From: Candidatus Pacearchaeota archaeon
GTDB taxonomy: Archaea > Nanobdellota > Nanobdellia > Pacearchaeales > GW2011-AR1
Assembly: GCA_016188825.1 (NCBI GenBank)
Contig: JACPHA010000017.1
Coordinates: 271-64,270, forward strand
DNA length: 64,000 bases
Direction of reading: 5' to 3'
Positions within the stretch are counted from its first letter, which is position 1, and each line of letters opens with the position of its first letter. The translations under genes were made by a program, and so were the position numbers. Positions 52,554 through 61,799 of the stretch are shown here, in pieces. Under the pieces are notes generated by a model. The model saw only the letters and a list, made by a program, of their open reading frames with translations. It searched no databases and was not told the origin of the DNA.

Positions 52554-55500
52554 ATTTATTCTTTAATTCAAATTTAGTATGTATCCCCAATCCAAGCAAT
52601 TCATCAATCAAAAGTTTGAAAGCATAAGAAACTTCAACAGGCTCTGTCTCGTTGCTCCCGCACAAAGTGCAGATTGTTTTGTTTCTTATAGAATCTTCAT
52701 ACCCAAAACTGCCGCATTCACTGCAAACATAAACAACAGTTTTATCAGAATCATAGCGCTCTTTCAACAGCAGAGATGCTCCATGTCCTGCCAATGCCTG
52801 CTGCTCCATTTCTCCAAGCCTTAGTCCTCCGCCTCTTGCTCTGCCTTCTATGGGCTGTCTAGTCAATAAAGCAACTTTTCCCGAAGCCCTAGCGTGTATA
52901 GAATTCTTTACCATTCTCCTTAACTTCAGATAATACATATTGCCTATAAAAATTTTAGATTCTAATTTTTTTCCTGTTACACCATCGTACATTGTTTCTT
53001 TTCCGTCGTAGCTGAAGCCCATTTCCTTTAATTGCTCTTCCAATTCCTCAATCTTGGCCCCAACAAAAGGCGTTCCATCAATTATTTTTCCTGTTGTCGC
53101 GGCGGTTTTGCTTGCCAGCAATTCAATCAAGAAACCAACGCTCATTCTACTCGGAATACCATGAGGATTAAACATCAGATCCGGCTTTATTCCTCTGGAA
53201 GTGAATGGAATATCATCAGGGTTTGCAATTAATCCAATCACTCCCTTCTGCCCATGTGGTGACGAGAATTTATCTCCGATTTCAGGAAGCCTTGTATCCC
53301 TTGTCCTGACATGAACAACTTTATTTCCCTCGCTGTCAATTGTAATAAACACGGCATCGGCTGTTCCCCTCTCGCCCTGCCTTATCGCAGAACTTGCCTC
53401 TTTCTTTGCCTGTATACTCAAGTCCTTTGCTTCAGACAAAAATTTCGGCGGAGTAACTTTTCCTATAACAACTCCTCCAGAATCTATGTCTGCCTCGGGA
53501 TATGCAATCCCATCATCTTCCAAGAACTTGTAAGCTTCTTCTGTTCTATAACTTGAAACATCTTTATCGGGCACAATAATCTGATCTGTTAGGCCGCCCG
53601 CATATTGCAATTCTGTTGCAGTGTAGGGCCTGAAATATGTGCTTCTGCCCATTCCCCTATCAACGCTGGCTTTATTCAAAACAACTGCGTCTTCCATGTT
53701 GTATCCTTCAAAAGGCATTATTGCAACAACAATATTCTGTCCAGCCGGATAAACTTCCAGGGTGTCATATACAAAACTTCTGACTAATGGCCTTTGAGGG
53801 TAGTGCAAAATAGAAACATCTGTGTCTATCCTAAGCAAGTAATTAGCAGCATAAATTCCAAGGCTTTGTTTTAGAGTTTTGCTTCCCCTATTCAACCTCG
53901 AACTCTGATCGTGATTGCAGAAAGGAACTAATGAAGTTATCAATCCAAATAAATCCACTGGATGGATTTCAAAATGCGTGTGCTCTTGCGTTACTTCTTC
54001 TTCCTGCAGCGCAACAAAAGCATTTTCCTCCTCGGCAGCATCAATATATTCAACAATTCCGTCGTCAATCAAATCCTTCCATTTAATTTTATTTTCTGCA
54101 AGCAAAACAAAATGCTCATCTTTCAGTTTGGGTATTCCATTATCAACAATTATTAATGGCCTCAAAACTCTCCCCACTCCAGAAACAATAGCAACCTGCT
54201 CCAAAACATCGTCGTATCTAATACTTATTCCGTGAGGTATTTCCTTCTTCCTTCTTAGTTCCCTAAATTTATTAATAAATTCCTGCGGATTTGCAATAAA
54301 ACCAATAAACCTTCCGTTTAAAAAAACATCTTTTCCGTTTTCCTCGTTTTCTTTTTTTAACCCTAAAGATTGAAATTTTTTGATTGCTCTCTCTTCGTCA
54401 AAATCTATCGCTGTGGAAATCTTTGCGAGCAATGAAAGGTTTTTCCTCAATCCAATTTCTGTTCCCTCAGGCGTTTCAGTAGGGCAGAATCTCCCATAAT
54501 GAGTAGGATGAAGTGTTCTCGCCAAAAAATTTTCCTGTTCTCCTGGCAAAGTGCTTGTGACCTTTTGCAGCTGAGAAAGAACAGCAAGATAATTTGTCTT
54601 GTCCATATTTTGCGTAACTCCTGTTCTCTCCCCAATCCAAGAGCCTGTAGCAATTGCGCTTTCAATCCTGTGCGTAAATAAAGTTGATTTTGCTATTGTT
54701 TTCAACGAATAAAACTTTTTTCTTTTTGATACTTTCTGCAAAGAATACTGGACATCCCTTATAAGAATATTTAAATTAACTCTAAACAAATCAACCATCA
54801 AGTCTCCAGAAAGCTTTACTCTCTTGTTTGCGTAATGGTCTTTGTCTGTCCTAATTTTTTTATTTTCCTTGGCTCTCAAATAAAGTCTTATAAGCCTGCA
54901 TAGCGTTATTGCTTTGTTTTCCCGGGAATTTTTATTAATCCCAATGTGCGGCAGCAAGAAAGAATCAATTCTTTGTTTTACTCTATCCAAGATTTCTTTT
55001 TTTGTTCCTTGTATTCCTGACTTAGATGCAATATACATCATGGCATCTTCCGAATTCTGCAAGTCAGCAAATTCATAAAGATTAACAATCAAACAATCAT
55101 TTTCATAGCCGATATTCTTAGCAATCTCTGCCTCCTTAACCAACCCCAGGGCCTTTATCACAGCAATCGCAGGAATATTCTTTAATCTGCTGAAAGTTAA
55201 TTCCAAAATTCCGTTGCTCGTCTCTGTTATTGTCGTCGGGACTCTGTATGTTCTTTCAGAAAAAACCCTCGCTATGAGACCTTGCCTGCCCTCTTCAATA
55301 AACGGCTGATTCGAAGCCAAATCTTCAGACATAACAATTACTCTCTCGTTTCCATTAATTATAAAATATCCGCCAGGATCTAAAGGGTCCATATAATTTT
55401 TCCTAAGCTCTTCTTTGCTCATCCCATATGTATTGCAATTGGCGCTTCTTACAATAATAGGTATTCTTCCAATTTCAACTTCAGAGCTTTCGCTCTGGTT

Positions 55501-55806
55501 TCCATACTTGACTGTTAATTCGACAAAAACCGGAACCGCATAAGTAAGTTTTCTTAACCTTGCAATCATCGGAGTAATTTGGCTTACGCTTCCGTCGGCT
55601 TCGATTATGTTTGGCTTCCCAACCCTCACTTTTCCAAATTTGATATCAACTTCCTCGCTTGGCAGTGTTTCATTAATCTCCTCAACAATTTGCTGCATTC
55701 TGTTCGTTATAAAATCATTAAAGGACTTTATGTTAGACTCCACTAGCGAATGTTGCTCCAAATATTTCTCGACCAAAATATTTCTTTTATTTTCCATCTT
55801 ATGCAA
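52543..55806 (-). CDS. rpoB: RNA polymerase subunit B (unsplit, 1087 aa)
   Basis: GRFCPTETPEG, GYNMEDA, SPHGQKG, GGLRLGEMEQ and the C-terminal Zn ribbon CSECG...CTLCG. Confidence 0.95.
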   Translation of the reverse strand: MHKMENKRNILVEKYLEQHSLVESNIKSFNDFITNRMQQIVEEINETLPSEEVDIKFGKVRVGKPNIIEADGSVSQITPMIARLRKLTYAVPVFVELTVKYGNQSESSEVEIGRIPIIVRSANCNTYGMSKEELRKNYMDPLDPGGYFIINGNERVIVMSEDLASNQPFIEEGRQGLIARVFSERTYRVPTTITETSNGILELTFSRLKNIPAIAVIKALGLVKEAEIAKNIGYENDCLIVNLYEFADLQNSEDAMMYIASKSGIQGTKKEILDRVKQRIDSFLLPHIGINKNSRENKAITLCRLIRLYLRAKENKKIRTDKDHYANKRVKLSGDLMVDLFRVNLNILIRDVQYSLQKVSKRKKFYSLKTIAKSTLFTHRIESAIATGSWIGERTGVTQNMDKTNYLAVLSQLQKVTSTLPGEQENFLARTLHPTHYGRFCPTETPEGTEIGLRKNLSLLAKISTAIDFDEERAIKKFQSLGLKKENEENGKDVFLNGRFIGFIANPQEFINKFRELRRKKEIPHGISIRYDDVLEQVAIVSGVGRVLRPLIIVDNGIPKLKDEHFVLLAENKIKWKDLIDDGIVEYIDAAEEENAFVALQEEEVTQEHTHFEIHPVDLFGLITSLVPFCNHDQSSRLNRGSKTLKQSLGIYAANYLLRIDTDVSILHYPQRPLVRSFVYDTLEVYPAGQNIVVAIMPFEGYNMEDAVVLNKASVDRGMGRSTYFRPYTATELQYAGGLTDQIIVPDKDVSSYRTEEAYKFLEDDGIAYPEADIDSGGVVIGKVTPPKFLSEAKDLSIQAKKEASSAIRQGERGTADAVFITIDSEGNKVVHVRTRDTRLPEIGDKFSSPHGQKGVIGLIANPDDIPFTSRGIKPDLMFNPHGIPSRMSVGFLIELLASKTAATTGKIIDGTPFVGAKIEELEEQLKEMGFSYDGKETMYDGVTGKKLESKIFIGNMYYLKLRRMVKNSIHARASGKVALLTRQPIEGRARGGGLRLGEMEQQALAGHGASLLLKERYDSDKTVVYVCSECGSFGYEDSIRNKTICTLCGSNETEPVEVSYAFKLLIDELLGLGIHTKFELKNKYEQ

Positions 55807-56017
55807 CTACAACCCTATAGTAGGTCTGAATTTTTTCTCCTTCTTTTCTTTCTATTTTAACAACGTCGCCGGGTGCGCATCCTTCGGGCAAAGCAGGATC
55901 ACTGACTCTTATCTTCGGCAATTGCGATGAGGAAATATTATATTTTAAAAGCAATTTCTTTTTTTCTTCTTGATTGAGTTTAATATGTCTGGGCTGTAAG
56001 ATGTGGCTGGCTGGCAT
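55799..56017 (-). CDS. rpoH: RNA polymerase subunit H (Rpb5 C-terminal domain homologue)
   Basis: HILQPRHIKLNQEEKKKLLLKYNISSSQLPKIRVSDPA...GDVVKIER. 8-nt overlap with rpoB. Confidence 0.85.
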   Translation of the reverse strand: MPASHILQPRHIKLNQEEKKKLLLKYNISSSQLPKIRVSDPALPEGCAPGDVVKIERKEGEKIQTYYRVVVA

Positions 56018-56133
56018 TTTGGATAATTTTGACTAGCGGTAAATATATAATAACTAGGCAATAAACAAAATTTGCAAATGATGCTTTTTAAATCTTTCTC
56101 CCTTTTCGGTTTTTAATTTTTCATCAAAAACAA

Positions 56134-56568
56134 CTAATCTTCCAACTTTCCTCCAATAATTTTCCTTTTAGTTATTTCTGATTTGTTACCTTCTTTATCT
56201 CTGGCATAAAATTCAGCAACGGTGTCTTGTCCAAATGTATCTTTAGGGATATGAAAAATACAATAATTTCCATCGGTCATCTTTCTTTCCATTCTTTCTT
56301 CTTTTCCGTCATATCTCACAAATGCCTCAAGTCCCTCTGGCTCATCGTCAAAATAACCAACAATATTATCGCTAATCGCTTTTATTTCGGGCGCAACTCT
56401 GGTCTTTTCTTTATCTATTTTCCTATTTACATTTAATAAATATCCTCCGCCATAAACCAGCCCAATAGCTGTTCCGATTAATGCAAAATCAATTATTGTA
56501 ATTAATGTTAAAGAATGTTTTTTATTAGCCAAATCATTATTCATTTTTATATTTTCTACAATAGGCAT
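56134..56568 (-). CDS. hypothetical single-pass membrane protein (start trimmed)
   Basis: ORF track gives 56134..56640. The ATG at 56568 follows GGGGCGG. One TM helix (LTLITIIDFALIGTAIGLVYGGG). Confidence 0.4.
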   Translation of the reverse strand: MPIVENIKMNNDLANKKHSLTLITIIDFALIGTAIGLVYGGGYLLNVNRKIDKEKTRVAPEIKAISDNIVGYFDDEPEGLEAFVRYDGKEERMERKMTDGNYCIFHIPKDTFGQDTVAEFYARDKEGNKSEITKRKIIGGKLED

Positions 56569-56655
56569 TTTAACCGCCCCCATTATTAACAAAATAAATA
56601 TTTTGCAATATATAAATATTACAATAACTTTATATAACAAAATATTTGAATAACC

Positions 56656-57036
56656 ATGAAATCAATAATAATTCTCTCGGCAATCGGTTTTCTCCTCTCA
56701 ATTTATGCCTTTTATGTCAAAAAAAATCATGAAAAAAATAAGTCCTACAAACCATTTTGTGATATTTCAAAAAAATTTTCATGCACAAAAGCTTTCTCAA
56801 GCAAGCATGGAAATCTGATAGGAGTTAGCAATACACTATTTGGCATAATTTTTTATCCAATTGTTTTTATATTTGCATTATTAAATCAGGCGCAATTAAT
56901 TTTTTTCCTCTCAATCCCTGCACTTCTCGCATCTTTATATCTTGCCTATCTCTCGTATATTAAAATGAAAAACTTCTGTCTTGTTTGCTCATTAATTTAT
57001 TTGATTAATTTCCTGATTTTTATTTTCAGCCAATAG
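56656..57036 (+). CDS. vitamin K epoxide reductase (VKOR) family membrane protein
   Basis: Loop Cys pair FCDISKKFSC followed by Ser (AFSSKHG). CxxC in the last TM helix (FCLVCSLIY). Four TM helices. Confidence 0.75.
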   Translation: MKSIIILSAIGFLLSIYAFYVKKNHEKNKSYKPFCDISKKFSCTKAFSSKHGNLIGVSNTLFGIIFYPIVFIFALLNQAQLIFFLSIPALLASLYLAYLSYIKMKNFCLVCSLIYLINFLIFIFSQ

Positions 57037-57327
57037 CGCAGACAATGAATTTTCCCATCTATCAACGGTTTCCTGAGGTTCATATTTTAATAAATTCAAA
57101 ATGGTTCTCCTTACCAGCTCTTTATCGCCATCTTCTGGATTTTCTGCGGCATAACTTAAGCACTCTTGGTAATATTGTCTTATTTCATTTTGATCTTGTA
57201 AATTTTGTATTGCCGTTTCAAAAAAATAATGCGGAGAAATTTTCCCGACTAGGTTCTCTCTTACCTTAGAACATCCTCTCTCAATTTCTATTTCTCTAAG
57301 TTTTTCCGTTATATTCATGATTATCAT
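56992..57327 (-). CDS. hypothetical 111-aa protein
   Basis: ORF only. Its 3' end overlaps the VKOR 3' end (convergent). Confidence 0.4.
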   Translation of the reverse strand: MIIMNITEKLREIEIERGCSKVRENLVGKISPHYFFETAIQNLQDQNEIRQYYQECLSYAAENPEDGDKELVRRTILNLLKYEPQETVDRWENSLSALLAENKNQEINQIN

Positions 57328-57332
57328 GCTCG

Positions 57333-57357
57333 AAATAAATGGTCCCGACGGACTTTG
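57333..57357. repeat. partial direct copy of the tRNA-Lys 3' end (att-like)
   Basis: aaataaat-ggtcccgacgg-ac-tttg at 57333-57357 versus aaataaat-ct-ggtcccgacgg-ga-tttg at 58212-58238. The 11-nt GC-rich core is identical. Confidence 0.5.
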
Positions 57358-57385
57358 TGATAAAAAGTTTCAAAGTTAGGTAACT

Positions 57386-57724
57386 TCAACTACCAAATAT
57401 CCCGCCAACTAGCGCAAAAATCCCATAAAGAAACAATAATATATTCAAGATAATTCCACTAATAGCATGAGTTTTTCCTGTTAAATTCGAGTTTTTAGAA
57501 ATTTTAATAATTGCTACAATTCCAAAAATTAAACCAATCAGTGCTGCACTAATCATGGAATATAGTGTAAATGGAGCTACTATATCTGTAAAGATATTGC
57601 CTCTATAACCAAAACGACCAGGGTTTATTAGTATCATCAGAAAATAAATACCCGGGTATATAATTATGCTTATTATTGCCAGAATCCAACTCCATACAGC
57701 TAATCTGCTTCTCATAATTATCAA
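57386..57724 (-). CDS. small multi-pass membrane protein
   Basis: Three to four hydrophobic helices. No motif recognised. Confidence 0.5.
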   Translation of the reverse strand: MIIMRSRLAVWSWILAIISIIIYPGIYFLMILINPGRFGYRGNIFTDIVAPFTLYSMISAALIGLIFGIVAIIKISKNSNLTGKTHAISGIILNILLFLYGIFALVGGIFGS

Positions 57725-57766
57725 AACGAACCATATCTTTTTAAACTTTGCTTATTTAAATTTCTT

Positions 57767-57988
57767 ATGGATTTTACAGCAGTAATAGAAAAAGATGAAG
57801 ATATGTATGTAGCAAGATGTAGTGAAGTAGGAACAATTAGCCAGGGAGCTACGATAGAAGAGGCTGTGGAAAATTTAAAGGAAGCAACTGAGCTTTATTT
57901 GGAGGAATTTCCAATTCAAAGGAAGATTAAGCCATTACTAACTTTCTTTGAGGTAGAAAATGTCCAAACTAAAGAAAATATCAGGTAA
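57767..57988 (+). CDS. hicB: HicB-like antitoxin (UPF0150 fold)
   Basis: FTAVIEKDEDMYVARCSEVGTISQGATIEEAVENLKEATELYLEE. Overlaps hicA. Confidence 0.7.
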   Translation: MDFTAVIEKDEDMYVARCSEVGTISQGATIEEAVENLKEATELYLEEFPIQRKIKPLLTFFEVENVQTKENIR

Positions 57989-58190
57989 AAAATGCATAAA
58001 AATTCTTTGTAATAAATTTGGATTTAGAGTTATAAGACAAAGAGGGAGTCATGTTATTTTGAATAAAGAATTACCATCTGGGAAAATAGGAACAGTTGTG
58101 CCAATGCATAAAGAACTAAAAGTTGGAACATTAAAAGGTGTTTTGGAACTAGCAAAAATTGAAGAAGACGACTTTGCAGAATATCAATAA
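57960..58190 (+). CDS. hicA: HicA mRNA-interferase toxin
   Basis: GKKCIKILCNKFGFRVIRQRGSHVIL (YcfA/HicA signature). Confidence 0.8.
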   Translation: MSKLKKISGKKCIKILCNKFGFRVIRQRGSHVILNKELPSGKIGTVVPMHKELKVGTLKGVLELAKIEEDDFAEYQ

Positions 58191-58220
58191 CTCGCCTTCT
58201 ATTGAAACAGAAAATAAATC

Positions 58221-58294
58221 TGGTCCCGACGGGATTTGAACCCGCGACACCCAGGTTAAAAGCCTGGTGCTCTACCGAACTGAGCTACGGGACC
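58221..58294 (-). tRNA. tRNA-Lys (anticodon UUU)
   Basis: The reverse complement GGTCCCGTAGCTCAGTTCGGTAGAGCACCAGGCTTTTAACCTGGGTGTCGCGGGTTCAAATCCCGTCGGGACCA folds as a canonical cloverleaf. The anticodon loop is CTTTTAA. Confidence 0.9.
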
Positions 58295-58314
58295 TCAAAG
58301 AAAAAATTTAAAAC

Positions 58315-58324
58315 TATATTTAAA
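58315..58324 (-). promoter_or_regulatory. TATA-box candidate for tRNA-Lys
   Basis: The minus strand reads tttaaatata, ending about 21 nt upstream of the tRNA 5' end. Confidence 0.4.
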
Positions 58325-58342
58325 GGTAACTGCTTCTCTAAA

Positions 58343-58663
58343 TTATTTTACCTCACCAATCTTCTTAATTAATTCTTCCCTAGACATAACTCCAATAACT
58401 CTATCCGCATGTTTTCCCTTCTTGAAAAAAATAACTGTTGGAATACTCATGATAAAAAAATTCTGTGCCAGTTCAGTATTTTTATCAACATTTACTTTGC
58501 CAAATTTAACTTCTCCTTTTAGTTCCTTAGCAACTTCTTCATAAACCGGCTCCATTATCTTGCACGGCCCACACCACTCTGCCCAAAAATCAACCACGAC
58601 AAGCCCCTCTTTTATAAACGAATTAAAATTTTTTGAAGTTAATTCTATAATGTTCTTGCTCAT
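58343..58663 (-). CDS. trxA: thioredoxin
   Basis: VVDFWAEWCGPCK active site; 106 aa. Confidence 0.9.
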   Translation of the reverse strand: MSKNIIELTSKNFNSFIKEGLVVVDFWAEWCGPCKIMEPVYEEVAKELKGEVKFGKVNVDKNTELAQNFFIMSIPTVIFFKKGKHADRVIGVMSREELIKKIGEVK

Positions 58664-58684
58664 CGCTAATAAAATTTTTTTTCA

Positions 58685-61600
58685 TTAATAAATCTTTTGT
58701 GCCTCTATTTGCAACAAACTAAGAAAACCATTAATACCTAAATTTTTTCTTTCTATTTTTGGTTTAATTTTCTCCTTAACCTCACCAGCGAGAGAAACAT
58801 AATATTCTTTATTATTAGCTACAACTTTCCAAACTAATTCTTCTTCATCCTCGTCTAAAATTAATTCTGCTTTGTATTTTTCTTTTCCATTTGCATTTTC
58901 TACTATTCTTGAAATTGCTTGTTCTTCTGAAGCGATTTTAATCTCACTGGCTTGCAAACTTGCAAGATTTACATCGCTTGTTTGTCCTTCACTTCCACAT
59001 GTCTGAATTATATTAAATGGATAATTAAGTCCTCTGAATGCATCTAAATCTCTTGATACATCAGTAATTTGTATTTTCTGATCAACTAATGAGGGTTCAA
59101 TATCGGTTCTTGTTTTGCTAGGAGCAGAGGGTTTATTGCTAAATTTATCTAAAATAGCAATAACATCAGTAGCTATATCTACTCTTCCATCTGGCGCCGT
59201 CCATGCACCGTTAACAAATGGTCCTACAACATCTCCCCATCTTGCCGTAGACAATATCAATGCATCTGAATAACAATTATTATTAGTTATATCACAACCT
59301 TGCTCAATTGCCTGAACATCATAAATTGTAAGTTGAGTAGCTGTACTTGGAATTATTTCAGAACCATAAACATGTACTGTTCCTATGTTGCCCCAATCTG
59401 TGTAATATGGAGAACATCCTAATTGTGCTGTTACAATACTCGGAGGAGGGGTCGGTGTGTTTACACCCGATAATTCGCTAACATTCCTAGGTATTTGCAC
59501 CCATCTATACTGTCCTTCAAATCCTACAAAATTATTTATTCCAGGAAGATCAGTTAATTTAACTCTCAATGCTGTTTGTTTTCCAGGATTGTTTGGAATA
59601 AATGAGATATATCTGTTCTTTTTAATTGCTGGAGATTCTGGAGATGGTGGGTTTGGTGTTGTTATACCAACATCACATGCATCCCCAACACCATTACCAT
59701 TTGAATCTTCTTGTCCAGGATTATAAACAGTTGGACAATTATCTATAGAATCTGGAATAGCATCATGAGCATCAAGATCTCGGTCAAGGGAAAACAACAT
59801 ATACAATAAAGCATCTTTTCCTATTGAATTTTCAGAATTTAGAGCATTTCTCATCTCCCATATCAAATCCATTGCACTAACGCGATGCAACAATACCTCT
59901 TGCACGCCGCTTCCGTCATAAACCATGAGTGAAATATAAGGCTCTTCTTCACTTACCATATATTGAGGAATTATAGATAATATATTTTCCCTTTCTATAG
60001 AATCAATACTAAAAATAAAAGGTATAACATCATTGCCGTAATCAATTCCTGGAGTCTGGAATGGCTCAAAAACATCAATATTGAATGGTCCATCACTAAA
60101 TCCAATTGTTTGAATTGGTTCAGTTTGTCGCCCTATGAAAGTTATCTTGAATTGGAAAGGCGAGCCAGGATTTGTTGAGAAAATTTTGTTCTCATTTTCC
60201 ATATTGTTAAATGGATATTTTAAATCAAGAGTTAGTAGCTGTGGTAAAGTGAAGTTGAAATGTCTAGTGAAATTCTGCAAAGATTCATTGAATTTTGCCG
60301 ATGGACGTGGAGCTCTTCCGTCTGTTGTTGCAGTTCCAGGTCCTACGTCTCCTAAGTTACGTTCCATAGTCCAATTTATACATCCATAAAACTTACCGGC
60401 ATCTTTTCCTTCTGCACAAAAAACACAAGTTTCAAATTCGTACATCTCACCAGAAACACTCTGGTTGGCTGCTAAAACTCCTCTATCATGCAAACTTCTG
60501 TTTATCATTCTCGTCCCACTGGCAGGCATTGTTGGCCTATCAAACATTGTAGCATTTGTAACATTGCCAGCAGTGTGATTTCCATGTCTGTTCCTGCTGT
60601 TAGTTGGCGTTCTTCCGTCATTTTCTGTTCCGTAATAAGGAACTCTAAATCCAACTTCCATTGCTCTGTCTATCGTACATAGTTTTCCTCCATCTACGGT
60701 AACAGGATCCCTTACACCCCATGTTACATCGCCATCACTAGGTTTATATGGAACTCTTCCACCACCAGCAAGTTTTGCCCAATAGCAAATAGTTTGTATA
60801 AATACTATTCTTGTGCAGTTTTCTGTGCACACGCCTACATATGTTAAAGTATTCTCATTCCTACTAGTTATATTTTCTATACTTTCTGTAAGTCTAACCT
60901 CAATTGTAGTATCTTGAGAATGAGTTGCACCATATTGGTCTACTACTGTAGTTGTTAAAATATGCTCTCCCACATCCAAAGGAGACGTTGTCCAATCTAC
61001 AAAGCCAACTCCCTGAAAAGAATCAAAGGAAAGAGTTGATGGAATTGTTTCTTGTGGATAAATAAAATGAAAAGCTTCCAGAGAGTCATCACCACATTCA
61101 AGTTGATCAGCATCTTGGGCAGAAAAATCAACTCTTGCTGTTTGTCCAGCATTTACACTAATAAAACTAGCTGAAGATTCTAATATCGGGGCCCTATTCA
61201 AATTATTAACATTGATGTCAATAGGAAGTTCTCCTAAAGGTACAAAACACTCCTCGCCTCCTTGGAAAACAACTCTATAATTCCCTGCCTGACAGAAATT
61301 TGGTTGCCATGTAAAAGTGCTTGTTGCCTCACCAAATCCAGAAACAGTAGGAAAATTCGCTCCAGGTGGCAATGTACTAGGATCAGCCCAGACACAAATA
61401 GGCATTTCTGGAGCAGGAGGGTCCCAAAAGAAAGAAATATCAAACTGCAAAAATTCGCTTTCAAACAAATCACAAAAACAACTACCTCCAGATTGACATT
61501 CAGGCTGATCAAAGTTACAACTTGGAACTGTAGAGCTTTGTAAACCAGAGCTTGCTTGTGAATTTGCTTTTCCTTTAATATTTGATTCTTTAGGACTATC

Positions 61601-61762
61601 GGAAATAACCCCAATTCCGGAAACTCTGTTTATAACATCCGTCGCTTGTGCAGAAACAAATCCAGTGCTAACTAATAATAAAACCAATCCAAGAAACAAA
61701 ATAATTGCTTTGTTGCCCAATTTTGCCCCCGATATATAAATTATATAAATGAATTTAAGCAT
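58685..61762 (-). CDS. large secreted protein with cadherin/Ig-like region, thrombospondin type-3-like Ca-binding repeat and dockerin-like C-terminal segment
   Basis: Signal peptide ..LVLLLVSTGFVSAQA. DSIDNCPTVYNPGQEDSNGNGVGDACD. APDGRVDIATDVIAILDKF and ITDVSRDLDAFRG. The exact start is uncertain (ATG 61762 or an internal TTG). Confidence 0.8.
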   Translation of the reverse strand: MLKFIYIIYISGAKLGNKAIILFLGLVLLLVSTGFVSAQATDVINRVSGIGVISDSPKESNIKGKANSQASSGLQSSTVPSCNFDQPECQSGGSCFCDLFESEFLQFDISFFWDPPAPEMPICVWADPSTLPPGANFPTVSGFGEATSTFTWQPNFCQAGNYRVVFQGGEECFVPLGELPIDINVNNLNRAPILESSASFISVNAGQTARVDFSAQDADQLECGDDSLEAFHFIYPQETIPSTLSFDSFQGVGFVDWTTSPLDVGEHILTTTVVDQYGATHSQDTTIEVRLTESIENITSRNENTLTYVGVCTENCTRIVFIQTICYWAKLAGGGRVPYKPSDGDVTWGVRDPVTVDGGKLCTIDRAMEVGFRVPYYGTENDGRTPTNSRNRHGNHTAGNVTNATMFDRPTMPASGTRMINRSLHDRGVLAANQSVSGEMYEFETCVFCAEGKDAGKFYGCINWTMERNLGDVGPGTATTDGRAPRPSAKFNESLQNFTRHFNFTLPQLLTLDLKYPFNNMENENKIFSTNPGSPFQFKITFIGRQTEPIQTIGFSDGPFNIDVFEPFQTPGIDYGNDVIPFIFSIDSIERENILSIIPQYMVSEEEPYISLMVYDGSGVQEVLLHRVSAMDLIWEMRNALNSENSIGKDALLYMLFSLDRDLDAHDAIPDSIDNCPTVYNPGQEDSNGNGVGDACDVGITTPNPPSPESPAIKKNRYISFIPNNPGKQTALRVKLTDLPGINNFVGFEGQYRWVQIPRNVSELSGVNTPTPPPSIVTAQLGCSPYYTDWGNIGTVHVYGSEIIPSTATQLTIYDVQAIEQGCDITNNNCYSDALILSTARWGDVVGPFVNGAWTAPDGRVDIATDVIAILDKFSNKPSAPSKTRTDIEPSLVDQKIQITDVSRDLDAFRGLNYPFNIIQTCGSEGQTSDVNLASLQASEIKIASEEQAISRIVENANGKEKYKAELILDEDEEELVWKVVANNKEYYVSLAGEVKEKIKPKIERKNLGINGFLSLLQIEAQKIY

Positions 61763-61799
61763 AAGATGTATTTAAGTATTATTATAGTCTTTTAATAGC

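Noticed and set aside
48830-55806. Numerous antisense or shadow ORFs inside rpoA and rpoB (e.g. 51602..52228, 51723..52265, 50429..50794, 53915..54235), with similar ones inside gyrA, gyrB, kae1 and the kinase gene
   Set aside because: They lie opposite or out of frame to strongly conserved genes and have low-complexity translations with no motifs. These are typical shadow ORFs.
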